64,000 nucleotides of DNA from Candidatus Latescibacterota bacterium. Lineage in GTDB: Bacteria > Latescibacterota > CBDEFO01. Made by a program: the position numbers and the translations under genes. Positions 10,049 through 19,771 of the stretch are shown here, in pieces. The notes beneath the pieces were generated by a model. It was given only the letters and a program-made list of their open reading frames with translations, did no database searches and was not told where the DNA came from. The stretch lies in the NCBI GenBank assembly GCA_965248755.1, contig OZ252149.1, positions 1,248,001 to 1,312,000 of the forward strand, read 5' to 3'. The stretch's first letter is position 1, and the number at the start of each line of letters is the position of its first letter.

Positions 10049-10789
10049 ATGAAAATTGAACAAACAACTTCGTCCACAGTTACAAAACTCTGGACAGACT
10101 TGGAATCACGTGTACAGCAATCGAAGTGTCTGGAGGAAGCCGCCCAAGAGTTGGCCACTGCGCTGCATACACAGTTCGATGAGTCAGTTGTTATCACCCG
10201 AGTCTTTGTGACTGTTCCTTTTGACGCCTTGCCGTCGACGAACAAGGAATTTGTTCAGAAACTGGCTGAGTCGGCTGGGGCAGTATCCGAGTTGAAGACA
10301 ACCACCCCTGTGCTCTCGCTTATCGGGACCCATGGCCAGGAGGAGGACTGGTGTGACCGCCGTAAGTCGAAAGGTCATGTGGGAATTCCGTTGATTTCCT
10401 CGTCCTTCGTCGGCGCTATTCCGATGATCTCCCGTCTGATCAGAGAACTTGGTATACCTCTGGACTGGGTCGACAGCCACGATGAAGAAATCATAATAGA
10501 AACTATAGGAAATTCGGTGGGTTTGTTTTTCGTAGAAAACGCTGCCGAAGCCACAGATCACGAGGGTAGGAAGATAATTGCGGCACAAGACTTTGTTTCT
10601 GACTATAACGTGAAAAGCGTTTTTGGCACTGGAGGAGCGTATTCTAGCGGTCAGATGATTGTGATCGTTGTATTCTGCCGTGATGTCTTTTCACGAGCCA
10701 CTGCCGAGCGTTTCCTTGCACTAGCGAACTTGTTCCAGAGCAAGACCGCCTCCCTCGTTGAAACCAAGAAAATTTTCTCCGATGGGTAG
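10049..10789 (+). CDS. Conserved-looking hypothetical protein (possible GAF-like fold)
   Basis: Long ORF with RBS, higher GC and opposite orientation to its neighbours. Confidence 0.65.
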   Translation: MKIEQTTSSTVTKLWTDLESRVQQSKCLEEAAQELATALHTQFDESVVITRVFVTVPFDALPSTNKEFVQKLAESAGAVSELKTTTPVLSLIGTHGQEEDWCDRRKSKGHVGIPLISSSFVGAIPMISRLIRELGIPLDWVDSHDEEIIIETIGNSVGLFFVENAAEATDHEGRKIIAAQDFVSDYNVKSVFGTGGAYSSGQMIVIVVFCRDVFSRATAERFLALANLFQSKTASLVETKKIFSDG

Positions 10790-11274
10790 AGGGTCAAGCT
10801 CTACAAGCCGTATCTTGACCTGTGAATGCCTCAAGGTGTGAGGAAACTTCAACCACACGAGGGAGTACTATATCTGATCAGGTTCAAAGAAGGCAATAAT
10901 ATCACTCTTTTCCAGCCTCATCACCTCCTGCTATCCTGATATTCTCACACCGGTCGCAAACATTGTAAGCAAACCAACAGCTTTCAGGGTCAAAACCGCA
11001 ATACTTGCACTTCATTTACTTTACCTCCTACTTTAGCTGACTTAAAGCCAACCAACATATTTAATTCTTTAACTCAAGGTCTGCTTCAGTTTTATGTGAT
11101 TTTAGCTCACCCGATAAACAGGCTGAAGATAGCGAAAATTACAATAAATCAGAATTGTGCTTGGCCACAAAAGACTGTCCCGAGCTTTGCTCGTTCCTTC
11201 TGGCTGAGTTCTTATCTTTTCATAGTAAAACCGCAAGGCTATTTTTTGAGCTACTCTAAGATTACAGAGTCCTT

Positions 11275-11694
11275 CTAACTCTTATCAAGATGTATCAACA
11301 AATCCCTAGAAGATAAACGGATCATATCGACATGAGGATTCTTACTCAGACTTCTTGCCATATCAGCCGGAATCCTGAAGATATAATTGTCTCCATCAAA
11401 GCTAAGAGATCTCCTTATCACAGTGTAATGGCTTAGCTCTGAAAACAGTCTTGATAGTATCAATGCCCTGTCTAATTTTCTTCCCTCTTCAAAATTCAAA
11501 TACTCCTTCTTGCATTTTATACATCTGAAGACATTTAGCTTAACACTTAAAGGACTGTTGGGCATACCCATCTCTCTCGCTATTTTCTTCATTCTTTTGT
11601 AGCACTTATCACAGTGCAATGACTTAGCTCTGAAAGCTTCTTTCCCAAATGTAAATTCTGCGTCTTCCAGTTTTTCAATATCCAATTCTTTCAT
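11275..11694 (-). CDS. Putative antitoxin: YgiT-type zinc ribbon plus AbrB-like domain
   Basis: CDKC...CIKC, then RSLSFDGDNYIFRIP. Directly downstream of a toxin-like ORF. Confidence 0.65.
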   Translation of the reverse strand: MKELDIEKLEDAEFTFGKEAFRAKSLHCDKCYKRMKKIAREMGMPNSPLSVKLNVFRCIKCKKEYLNFEEGRKLDRALILSRLFSELSHYTVIRRSLSFDGDNYIFRIPADMARSLSKNPHVDMIRLSSRDLLIHLDKS

Positions 11695-11695
11695 T

Positions 11696-11971
11696 CTATC
11701 GCCTTCTTGAGCTTCTGTAAGTTTTGATCTGTTTTCTTGAGGGAGGATAAGCAGTCATTATCTTAGCTTCATTTGTTTCAGCATTGTATTCAAAAAATAT
11801 TGTTAAATACCTTTTCCATAAGCCTATTGCAAGATATTGGTTTCCACTTACCTTCTTGAATATAGCTTTGTCCTTCAGTAACACTTTCTCAATTTCATCT
11901 GATAACACTGAGTGTTTCTTATAAATCTTTACAACAATTTCCGGCTCTATCTTCACTGCTTTTATTAACAA
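11696..11971 (-). CDS. Putative BrnT/RelE-like toxin
   Basis: 91 aa basic protein, KHSV...EIEKVL...YLAIG...YLTIFF...IMTAYP pattern. Toxin-first gene order. Confidence 0.65.
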   Translation of the reverse strand: MLIKAVKIEPEIVVKIYKKHSVLSDEIEKVLLKDKAIFKKVSGNQYLAIGLWKRYLTIFFEYNAETNEAKIMTAYPPSRKQIKTYRSSRRR

Positions 11972-12350
11972 TCTTATCCCCTCTAAATCTGTAGGGCAAA
12001 CTTATATTTAAATGTTCTTTTCCTCCACTGTGTTTATCCCTTTCCCCAAGTTTATCTCCAGGCGAAATCACTTCATTTCCAATGATTCTGACTGATTTAA
12101 GCCTGAAATCTGTGAAATCACTCAAAGTCCTCCAGAATCCTACATGACATCCAAACTCTTAATTTTGTTAATACTTTCTTTAAGGTATTGTAACTTGTTT
12201 TCAATTTGAAAAAAGTCAAAAAAGCTTGAATGTTTTCTCTGTCTCAGGTATCTATAGTATGACAGTGGTATTAATTTCTCATAGTATTTGTAGAATGATT
12301 GATAAATACTAAATATTTGTAAGATATATATATTATCATCAAAAAAAAGC

Positions 12351-12379
12351 TTGACAAAGAGTTGGAATTGTAGTACAAA
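12351..12379 (+). promoter_or_regulatory. Sigma70-like promoter of the 12478-18345 cluster
   Basis: TTGACA-N17-TACAAA, preceded by an A-rich UP-like tract. Confidence 0.55.
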
Positions 12380-12477
12380 GTTGAAATGTCAGATGCAATC
12401 GAGAAGACGTATATATTCTAGTAGAAGAAAAAAGAATTTCTTATGAAGTAGTAACCCTATAAAAGAAGGAGGGTTCG

Positions 12478-13146
12478 ATGGTTCGCAAAATTTATTTCAC
12501 GGGATTTTTGATGCTAGTAACGTTTGTTGGAGTAGTGCAGGGAGACGAAATGCCAGTATTGGTGTTATATGAAGGTGATAACTTAGTATTACTATCAGTA
12601 GTAAATGAGGGAGAAATGGCTTTAAAGGGAGTAGGGGTTGAAGTGAGAGCGAAAGATCTACCCGAGTGGGTTCAGATCGGAGAAGCAGTGAAGCGGATAG
12701 ATATACCTAAAACGTCTACTGGAACAGAAAAGCTGGTGATTCCCATGTTTGTGGAGGGAAAAATGGTGGGTGAAACCTTCGAGCTACAAATAGTGTTGAG
12801 CGTTGCAGATGGCCGTACGTGGACGTTCGAGGTGTTGGTAGAGATTAAAAAGGCTCGTCCAAAGTCCTTCGCGCTTATGCAGAACGCACCTAATCCGTTC
12901 AATCCAGTCACAGTGATTCAGTATACATTGGGAGGAAATCAAACTGTTCCCACGCAATTGAAGATATTCAACATTACGGGCCAGAAGATACGGACATTGG
13001 TGAATGAGCCCCAAGGGCCAGATTATTACTCCGTTATATGGAATGGCTTAGATGATCAGGAACAGAAGGTTTCCAGCGGGGTGTATTTCTTCAAACTATC
13101 TGCAGGAAAGTTTGTAAAGACAAGGAAGATGGTGTTGCTGAAATAA
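12478..13146 (+). CDS. Secreted protein with a C-terminal FlgD Ig-like / T9SS-type sorting domain
   Basis: Signal peptide. FALMQNAPNPFNPVTVI...KIFNITGQKIRTLV...WNG...VSSGVYFFKL...KMVLLK. Confidence 0.85.
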   Translation: MVRKIYFTGFLMLVTFVGVVQGDEMPVLVLYEGDNLVLLSVVNEGEMALKGVGVEVRAKDLPEWVQIGEAVKRIDIPKTSTGTEKLVIPMFVEGKMVGETFELQIVLSVADGRTWTFEVLVEIKKARPKSFALMQNAPNPFNPVTVIQYTLGGNQTVPTQLKIFNITGQKIRTLVNEPQGPDYYSVIWNGLDDQEQKVSSGVYFFKLSAGKFVKTRKMVLLK

Positions 13147-13164
13147 ATGAAAAGGAGGATTAAG

Positions 13165-15087
13165 ATGAACTGGAAGATAAGTATAGTAGCTTTCGCTCTT
13201 GCACTTTCGTTCCCTTTTTCAGTCTGGTCCAATGTTGTTGGAACAACTTTCTCCACCATTTTGGTAGAAGATCCAAAGATTACTCTAGATGGGGATTTAG
13301 CAGACTGGGACAAGATAGGGTTAGAGGCAGTCAATATTGAACATTTCTGGTATGGACCAAAAGCAGATGCGGCAGACATTTCGGGAAACTTCCGGACTTT
13401 TGTGGATAAGCATCACTTGTATATAGGTGTCAAGGTAAGCGACGACCTGGTGTGCTCAGGCACTACATGGGGCAGAGAAGGGTTTCAGGATGATGTTGTG
13501 GAGGTGTCTTTTAATGGGGATCTGGACGGGAACGTACAAGTGTTGCGGGGGAGAGAGAAGGACTATTTCGATCTCAACGACGGGGAGATACGGATTGTGA
13601 TGGACGCACCGGGAAAGGTTCATCTGGAAGGTTCAGGCGTTTTTTTCTATCCCGTGCCAGATCCCTATGATCAGGAGATTCCGTATACATGGGAGCTTTT
13701 AGGAGTAGAGGCAGGAGTTAAGCAGACAGATACCGGATATACAGTTGAAGTGCGTATACCAAAAGAAGTATTAGGTTTAAGGCAATTCGTTCAAGGAACT
13801 CAAATCGGTTTGAATGTGAGAATTGTAGATGATGATGATGGGGGAGAACGTGATAATGTATTAAGTTGGATTAGGTATAAGGAAACCGAGAGTGGGTATC
13901 CCTACGAGGTCGTACAGATGGGAACCGAGAGTGGGGGTCCCTACGGGGTGGTACAGATAGAAGGTGTTACAGAGTCTTCGGAGATGGTAGACTTAGTCGT
14001 CGGGAAGGTGAAAGTAGAACAAGGTTCACAGGAGCTGGTGGTGACCATGGAGCCGCAGGAGGACTTAGAACTTCAGGATATTTATGGCCTTATCTCCGAA
14101 GGCAAGATAACTGAAGCTCAGGCCAAATTGGAGGAATGGGCTCTGATCCATAAGGAGGATACGCAAAGAATACGGGCTTTGTATCTTCTGGGCAGATTTT
14201 ATTGGCAGTCTGGACAGTATGAGAACGTGATTCAGACAATGGAAAGACTTGTGAGGCTTTCATCATCAGAGATTGTAAGATGCTATGCTCTACAGGTGAT
14301 GGGCAATGCGTATGATGCCGTGGGGGAATATCAAAAAGCTATTACGAGTTGTGAGCGGATACTCAATATTGTAGACTCAGGTTCATATGTGGCAAAGTAT
14401 GCGACCGTAGAAATGGGGCTATATAAGATCAAACTGGGAGAATATGAGCAAGGCTTTAAGCTGTATGAGGAGGCTTGGAAGGAAAGAGAAGGTTCCCGAC
14501 TAACAGTGTTTGGAGATGCTTATCAAGGACAGGGAATATATAATGATGCCATTTACCGATATGAAAAAGATGTCGTAGAAACAGTGCATCCAAAGATAGA
14601 ACTGGTAGGATACGAGCAAGCTGCTAAGACTGCTAAGATGTATAAAGAGGCTTGGGAGGCTTTGGGAGAAAGAAAAGATTCCCCTGGAAATAGCGGGAGA
14701 CTAATTCTATTCGCATTGGGACAAGTTTATGAGGGGCAGGGAAGATACAAGGATGCCATTTCCCAATATCATAAAGTAGCCGAGTTATATCCCAACGTTG
14801 CAGCATTGGCTCAATATCATATAGGCTTCAATTACTGGAAGCTCGTAGAGTTTGATCTTGCTATCATGCAGTTTGAAAAGGTACTGGATAATTATCCAGA
14901 GTTTCAGGTTCACAAAGCCTCCCAAGCCTCCATAGCCCGACTCTTATTAGCAAAGCTCTATGCCCGGAAAGGAGATCCGAGAGCCAGGAAACATGCTCAG
15001 AAATTTATAGATCATTTTCCCAACAGTGAACCTGGCAGTTGGATGTATAATTCTCGGATTGATATGTTAGAAATCCTGAACAGGTAG
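13165..15087 (+). CDS. Secreted CBM9/DOMON-like sugar-binding domain plus TPR repeats
   Basis: Signal peptide. ITLDGDLADW, LYIGVKVSDD, GYTVEVRIP, IGLNVRIVDDD motifs. Several TPR helices in the C-terminal half. Confidence 0.8.
   Translation: MNWKISIVAFALALSFPFSVWSNVVGTTFSTILVEDPKITLDGDLADWDKIGLEAVNIEHFWYGPKADAADISGNFRTFVDKHHLYIGVKVSDDLVCSGTTWGREGFQDDVVEVSFNGDLDGNVQVLRGREKDYFDLNDGEIRIVMDAPGKVHLEGSGVFFYPVPDPYDQEIPYTWELLGVEAGVKQTDTGYTVEVRIPKEVLGLRQFVQGTQIGLNVRIVDDDDGGERDNVLSWIRYKETESGYPYEVVQMGTESGGPYGVVQIEGVTESSEMVDLVVGKVKVEQGSQELVVTMEPQEDLELQDIYGLISEGKITEAQAKLEEWALIHKEDTQRIRALYLLGRFYWQSGQYENVIQTMERLVRLSSSEIVRCYALQVMGNAYDAVGEYQKAITSCERILNIVDSGSYVAKYATVEMGLYKIKLGEYEQGFKLYEEAWKEREGSRLTVFGDAYQGQGIYNDAIYRYEKDVVETVHPKIELVGYEQAAKTAKMYKEAWEALGERKDSPGNSGRLILFALGQVYEGQGRYKDAISQYHKVAELYPNVAALAQYHIGFNYWKLVEFDLAIMQFEKVLDNYPEFQVHKASQASIARLLLAKLYARKGDPRARKHAQKFIDHFPNSEPGSWMYNSRIDMLEILNR
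13882..13959 (+). repeat. 39-bp in-frame tandem duplication in the CBM9-TPR linker
   Basis: ETESGYPYEVVQM / GTESGGPYGVVQI, visible at the DNA level. Confidence 0.85.
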
Positions 15088-15096
15088 TTCTAAATT

Positions 15097-15651
15097 ATGA
15101 TGAAACATCATGTGCCGAATGTCCTGTTAGTGTCTTTAGTTATAGTAATTTTAGGGGGGGCTCTGGTCGGTGTAGTGTTTCTTGCGAAGGAAAATTTTAA
15201 CTTACGGCATAGAGCTCAGAACGGACCTCTAAAAATTGGTGATAAGGCCCCCAACTTTGAGCTGTGGGATATGGATGGTAAAAAGGTAAACCTGGAAGGA
15301 CTCAAAGGTAAAAGCGTTCTGCTTTACTTTTTTACCACCGGATGTGGTATCTGTAAGAGAACAGCACCCTATTGGGAAAGGGTTTTGGAATGGCATAAAG
15401 ATAAGGAACTAGTATTGTATGGGATATGTTCTTCAGACGTGCTATCCACAAAAGACTTTCTCACGGAGACACAGGTTTCGTTTTCGGCTCTTTATGATCC
15501 AGAAGGAGAAGTGGAGAGAAAATACAAAGTGAGCAGATCTTCTCAAGGTTTCTTGATTAACAAGAATGGTGAGTTGGTGTTTATCGAAGATGAGAGCATG
15601 TCGGTTGAAGATGCTATAATACAAGTTGATCGCCTGTTGGAGAAGATATGA
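15097..15651 (+). CDS. Membrane-anchored TlpA/ResA-like thiol-disulfide oxidoreductase
   Basis: N-terminal TM segment. GDKAPNFEL...LKGKSVLLYFF, CGIC active site. Confidence 0.88.
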   Translation: MMKHHVPNVLLVSLVIVILGGALVGVVFLAKENFNLRHRAQNGPLKIGDKAPNFELWDMDGKKVNLEGLKGKSVLLYFFTTGCGICKRTAPYWERVLEWHKDKELVLYGICSSDVLSTKDFLTETQVSFSALYDPEGEVERKYKVSRSSQGFLINKNGELVFIEDESMSVEDAIIQVDRLLEKI

Positions 15652-16754
15652 AGAACTGGTGTATACAAATCTTAGGTGTACGGGGAAGGCTCTTTTATTC
15701 CTTGACTATCTTTATAATAATGCTCAACGTCGTCATTCTGTGGCTGTTTTTCCATAATGCTACTTTAAGGAAAGAAGTTGGAGCTTCCCCAGTAGTAAGG
15801 TCATCGGGCAGACTACAGAATAATGTAGCAAATGGTGATGCTGCTCCCGAGTTCCAAGCCAGGGACCTGGCGGGTAAGTCCCTGGACACGAAAGATTTGA
15901 AGGGAAAAGTAATACTTATGCTGTTTTTTGATCCATCAGGGAAGAGGTTTTCTTCTCATATTCAGGCTGTCTGGTATGCAAATGTATTGCTGCACAAGTA
16001 TAATCAGCACCTTGCTGTCATCGGCATTTCTTCAGGAACACTGGAGCAGACACAGACCCTGCGACAGAAATTAGGCGTTAGCATTTCGATCATACCTAAC
16101 CAAGGTAAGGAAATCCATGACTTATATGGTGTTCCTTCATATTCTCGAGGTTTTGGAAGTACTATACTTATCGATAGGAATGGGATTGTTCGCTATTCTT
16201 CTACCTATCCAACCGATACAGATTTTACACGCCAACTGGTTGAAGTACAAGTTTTAGGATCTGCAAATACGTTGCTCTATTCAAACCTGCAAGAGTTCTT
16301 TCGGAAGGGTAGACAACTGGAAACGATCAATCTGTTTGATGCTGAGAAAAACTTTTTGCTTTCCGATCTTTACGGCCAGAGGCTCTATATCGCGTTCTTT
16401 GGAACACTTTGTTCACCTTGTGTGGATACCCGGCTTACATACCAATTAAACAAAGCCGCTGAAATGGGAGCTAAAGTAATTGGAATCACCGGTACATCTG
16501 AGACTCTGGAGCGTATATCTCAGTTCAGAAAGATGGAAGGTCTAAAGTTCCCCATTTTTCAGACCTCAGATCCGATAATTATGGAACTAAACTACATAAG
16601 CAGAAATGAGATTCTCACCTATCCCTTCTTCATAGCCACTGACCAATCCGGAGTGGTAGTTCTGAACCAGGTAGGAGATCTCAAGCAGGGGAATTCACTT
16701 AGCGATATCTTGAGTTTCATACAGCGCAACACCGAAGAGGAGGATAAATTATGA
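15648..16754 (+). CDS. Membrane-anchored double redoxin-domain protein
   Basis: Domain 1 (GDAAPEF...LKGKVILMLFF) lacks CxxC. Domain 2 has CSPC. Confidence 0.8.
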   Translation: MKNWCIQILGVRGRLFYSLTIFIIMLNVVILWLFFHNATLRKEVGASPVVRSSGRLQNNVANGDAAPEFQARDLAGKSLDTKDLKGKVILMLFFDPSGKRFSSHIQAVWYANVLLHKYNQHLAVIGISSGTLEQTQTLRQKLGVSISIIPNQGKEIHDLYGVPSYSRGFGSTILIDRNGIVRYSSTYPTDTDFTRQLVEVQVLGSANTLLYSNLQEFFRKGRQLETINLFDAEKNFLLSDLYGQRLYIAFFGTLCSPCVDTRLTYQLNKAAEMGAKVIGITGTSETLERISQFRKMEGLKFPIFQTSDPIIMELNYISRNEILTYPFFIATDQSGVVVLNQVGDLKQGNSLSDILSFIQRNTEEEDKL

Positions 16755-17875
16755 AAACAGATAAAGGCAGGCTCATTGCATTATCTATTGCCACATTTGT
16801 GTGGTGTTTGTTCTTGTCTAGCTATTCTGTGAGAGCACAGTCCTCTGGGGAAGCGTCTATTTCAACAGAACAAACGATAGACCCGAATGTCTCGACTATC
16901 TTCCTCGGAGAAAAAGAGGATGACCCACACGAGTCCTTTCACAAACCTTCAGCCATAAAGATCGATGGGGAGGGCAACATTTATGTCCTGGACCAAGGGA
17001 ACAGAAGAATAGTGAAATTTGATGCAGCAGGGGCATTCGTGCGGGAAATCGGAGGAGCAGGGACAGGCCCTGGCGAGTTTTCTAATCCCATCGATCTGAC
17101 CTTGGACAAGGAAGGTAATATCTACGTAGTTGATCTTCCCCGTGGGAGATCTAATAAGCTTGTAATTATAGGAAGAAACGGAGAACATCTAAATAGTTTC
17201 GATATTGGCACGACTTACAAACTATGTGGATCACGAATTGCAGTTAATGATCAGGGCTTGATTTATCTGAACCTTCCGCTGGAAGGAACCTTGTTCTCAG
17301 TGTTCACAAAAGAAGGCCGGAAGGTTGCCTCATTCGGGGAAGTTACCCAATACGAGACAATGATAGAAAACGTAATATCCGAGTCAACGGCGGGTAACCT
17401 ACTATTTAACTCTGTTCTCTTCTGTCTCGACAATAGGGGTTTCGTGAATACTCTGGATTTAACCAGGCCTATCTTAAGACAATACGATACAAATCACAAT
17501 TTAGTTTTTGAGAAGGAGATTAAGAGTCCTGAAATTGCAAAGATTACTTCGAATCTGGAAAGGTCGTTACAAAGGCAAGGAATAAAACGAGAAGAAATAG
17601 TTGAAGGCACAGTATCATCTTTTATGCCATATTTCGAAGATGTTGCGTTGACACCTGAAGGAGACATTCTTGTGTTGTTGACAACTTGGTCTAGATTTCA
17701 TCTTATTAATCTTGAAGGAAACTTAAAGAGAAGAATCAAACCGGTCCCGATGGGACAATATGAACCTAAGAGGGCTTTCGTACGAAGAATGACAATTGAT
17801 ACGGAGGGAAATGTTTATGCAATGAATATTATTAACGGGCTAGTTTTCAAATATCATGAATTTCTCAGACAGTAG
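16751..17875 (+). CDS. Secreted NHL-repeat / 6-bladed beta-propeller protein
   Basis: Signal peptide. FHKPSAIKIDGEGNIYVLDQGNRRIVKFD and GxGPGEFSNP repeats. Confidence 0.88.
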   Translation: MKTDKGRLIALSIATFVWCLFLSSYSVRAQSSGEASISTEQTIDPNVSTIFLGEKEDDPHESFHKPSAIKIDGEGNIYVLDQGNRRIVKFDAAGAFVREIGGAGTGPGEFSNPIDLTLDKEGNIYVVDLPRGRSNKLVIIGRNGEHLNSFDIGTTYKLCGSRIAVNDQGLIYLNLPLEGTLFSVFTKEGRKVASFGEVTQYETMIENVISESTAGNLLFNSVLFCLDNRGFVNTLDLTRPILRQYDTNHNLVFEKEIKSPEIAKITSNLERSLQRQGIKREEIVEGTVSSFMPYFEDVALTPEGDILVLLTTWSRFHLINLEGNLKRRIKPVPMGQYEPKRAFVRRMTIDTEGNVYAMNIINGLVFKYHEFLRQ

Positions 17876-17988
17876 CTTGAAAACTAGCCCTTTCCGCGCA
17901 GATTGGATGTTAACACATCATTTCTTGGGTAAAACTAACTGTAACTATGGTTACAACATAGTGAAGTGCTCTTGGAGGTGATCCAGGT

Positions 17989-18345
17989 ATGAAGCAAGCG
18001 ATTCTTGTCTTAGCAACTGTGCTAACACTAGTAACAGTGACTGTGATCAGCTACTATTCCCATTCCTATGCTACGGGTCCTCCGTCTTACGACCCACCAC
18101 TATCGATAGCTTGTCTTCGAAAACCACCAGCTGAACCCTTTACTATATGCAAGCCTTATTTGGAATGTAACTGTGGTGACGCATGTTATGGTGAGAGTGG
18201 ATGGTGTACAGAATGTGCTGACCCTCAAGATATCTACTGGAGATGGTGTATATGTTATGATGGTGAAGAGGTATGCGGCACTCCTAAATTTGGACAGTGT
18301 GATATCTGCGTACCCACCCCGGCGAAGGTAATTCAACAACACTAG
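17989..18345 (+). CDS. Secreted cysteine-rich small protein (12 Cys)
   Basis: GGAGG RBS, signal peptide ending SYA, 12 Cys in the ~90-aa mature part. Confidence 0.8.
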   Translation: MKQAILVLATVLTLVTVTVISYYSHSYATGPPSYDPPLSIACLRKPPAEPFTICKPYLECNCGDACYGESGWCTECADPQDIYWRWCICYDGEEVCGTPKFGQCDICVPTPAKVIQQH

Positions 18346-18458
18346 GCACCCTGAAGACATTGATTCATAATGCGTCTAGCTATCTGGGTCTGTCTGGTTG
18401 GGTCTGTCAGTGTTTTTGTGTAAATGGGTACCTTCCCATGTCAGCTTTTCCTACATAT

Positions 18459-18851
18459 TCAATCTCCCTTCGAAATGGATCGAAAATTGGTGAATGACCA
18501 AACTCTTATATCTCCGACGTACTCACCTCCAAACTTTACCATCATATCCTTGAGCAGGTAACGGTGGCAGAATAAATCCGCCCGGCAATAGCAGGAAAGG
18601 ATCACCTCCTCCATGTTGAGGATCTCATCCCACCTTTGACTGTTATCCTGATAACTTACTCTCATCATCTCACTGTACTCGTGAGTATATTCCTCCTCAC
18701 TCATCCTGCTTTGTTTGACTCCCATCACCATCTTCCACGTTGGAGCAAATATCCTATCCCCTGACCTCACAGTAATGTCCAGATAGCGATGATCTTTAGT
18801 AAGTCCTAACTTTCCCGCCACTGCAATCTGGACTGTGTAGATCTTCAGCAT
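18459..18851 (-). CDS. DUF488-like protein
   Basis: FAPTW...Y..EY and VILSCYC....CHR motifs. Confidence 0.6.
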   Translation of the reverse strand: MLKIYTVQIAVAGKLGLTKDHRYLDITVRSGDRIFAPTWKMVMGVKQSRMSEEEYTHEYSEMMRVSYQDNSQRWDEILNMEEVILSCYCRADLFCHRYLLKDMMVKFGGEYVGDIRVWSFTNFRSISKGD

Positions 18852-18853
18852 GA

Positions 18854-19708
18854 TTACCTCCTCCTTCTTCTCGGTTCTTCTGCCTCTGTTACAATTCTAT
18901 TGATCTTGTCCAACAAATCCTCCTCATACCAGCTTTTCCTCAACAACTCCTTAAAGCTTGGACTCTTCTCAATATTCTTTCGTATGTGCCTGAGTAAAGA
19001 CCTTGTCTTTTTCTCAGGGGGAAGGTGCTTGATATACTGGATAATTGTCTCAAAACTGTTGTAGTAGAATTTTACGGGTTGATAGTTTCGCCTCCAAACA
19101 TCAATCATCCTTTCCCCAGAATTGATCAGCTTATGCATCCATTTTGGCTCTTTAAGATACTTCCAGATATGGGCCTTCGCAACCCTCCTCCTCTTTCTGT
19201 TCATAGCACCAATATCCTGCAACAGTAAAGGATGTAGAAAGTCCTGGCACGGCCTGTCATAATCATCAATCTTCCAATAAATCTGCTTAGGCGGTGAATC
19301 ATCATAAGGACAGCTTCCATCTTCTCTCATATACTTCTCCATATCTCTAATGTCGCAAACAATGTCACAGATATTGCAGGTTTTCGGCTCGTCATATGGT
19401 TTGTGCTCATAGCATTCTGGGTCATCACTTCTGGTCATCCATACACCGTTTTGGTCAGCTAACTGCAAATCAGGAAGTTCAAATGTTTCTGTTGAAAGTC
19501 CAGACTGGTATTTCTCATATTCCTCAATCTGTAATGGACTTGGAGTATAATACTTCTGATGAAGCTTGCATTCCAGGTAAATATACGATCTTGAAGCTCT
19601 GTCATAATAATCCCGTTCATCTTCTCTCTTCACCTTAACAGGTTTTCCGTGCAAGCATGGTCCGTTTCTGTAACACCTATTCCTGTAAACATCTTTGACT
19701 TCTTTCAA
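18854..19708 (-). CDS. Hypothetical Cys/His-rich protein
   Basis: Long coupled ORF with several CxxC-like motifs. Confidence 0.65.
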   Translation of the reverse strand: MKEVKDVYRNRCYRNGPCLHGKPVKVKREDERDYYDRASRSYIYLECKLHQKYYTPSPLQIEEYEKYQSGLSTETFELPDLQLADQNGVWMTRSDDPECYEHKPYDEPKTCNICDIVCDIRDMEKYMREDGSCPYDDSPPKQIYWKIDDYDRPCQDFLHPLLLQDIGAMNRKRRRVAKAHIWKYLKEPKWMHKLINSGERMIDVWRRNYQPVKFYYNSFETIIQYIKHLPPEKKTRSLLRHIRKNIEKSPSFKELLRKSWYEEDLLDKINRIVTEAEEPRRRRR

Positions 19709-19771
19709 ACTACATCACCTGGCCTATTCCATTCCATAAAAAATCCGGACAGTAAGTTGCTAATCTTCCTT

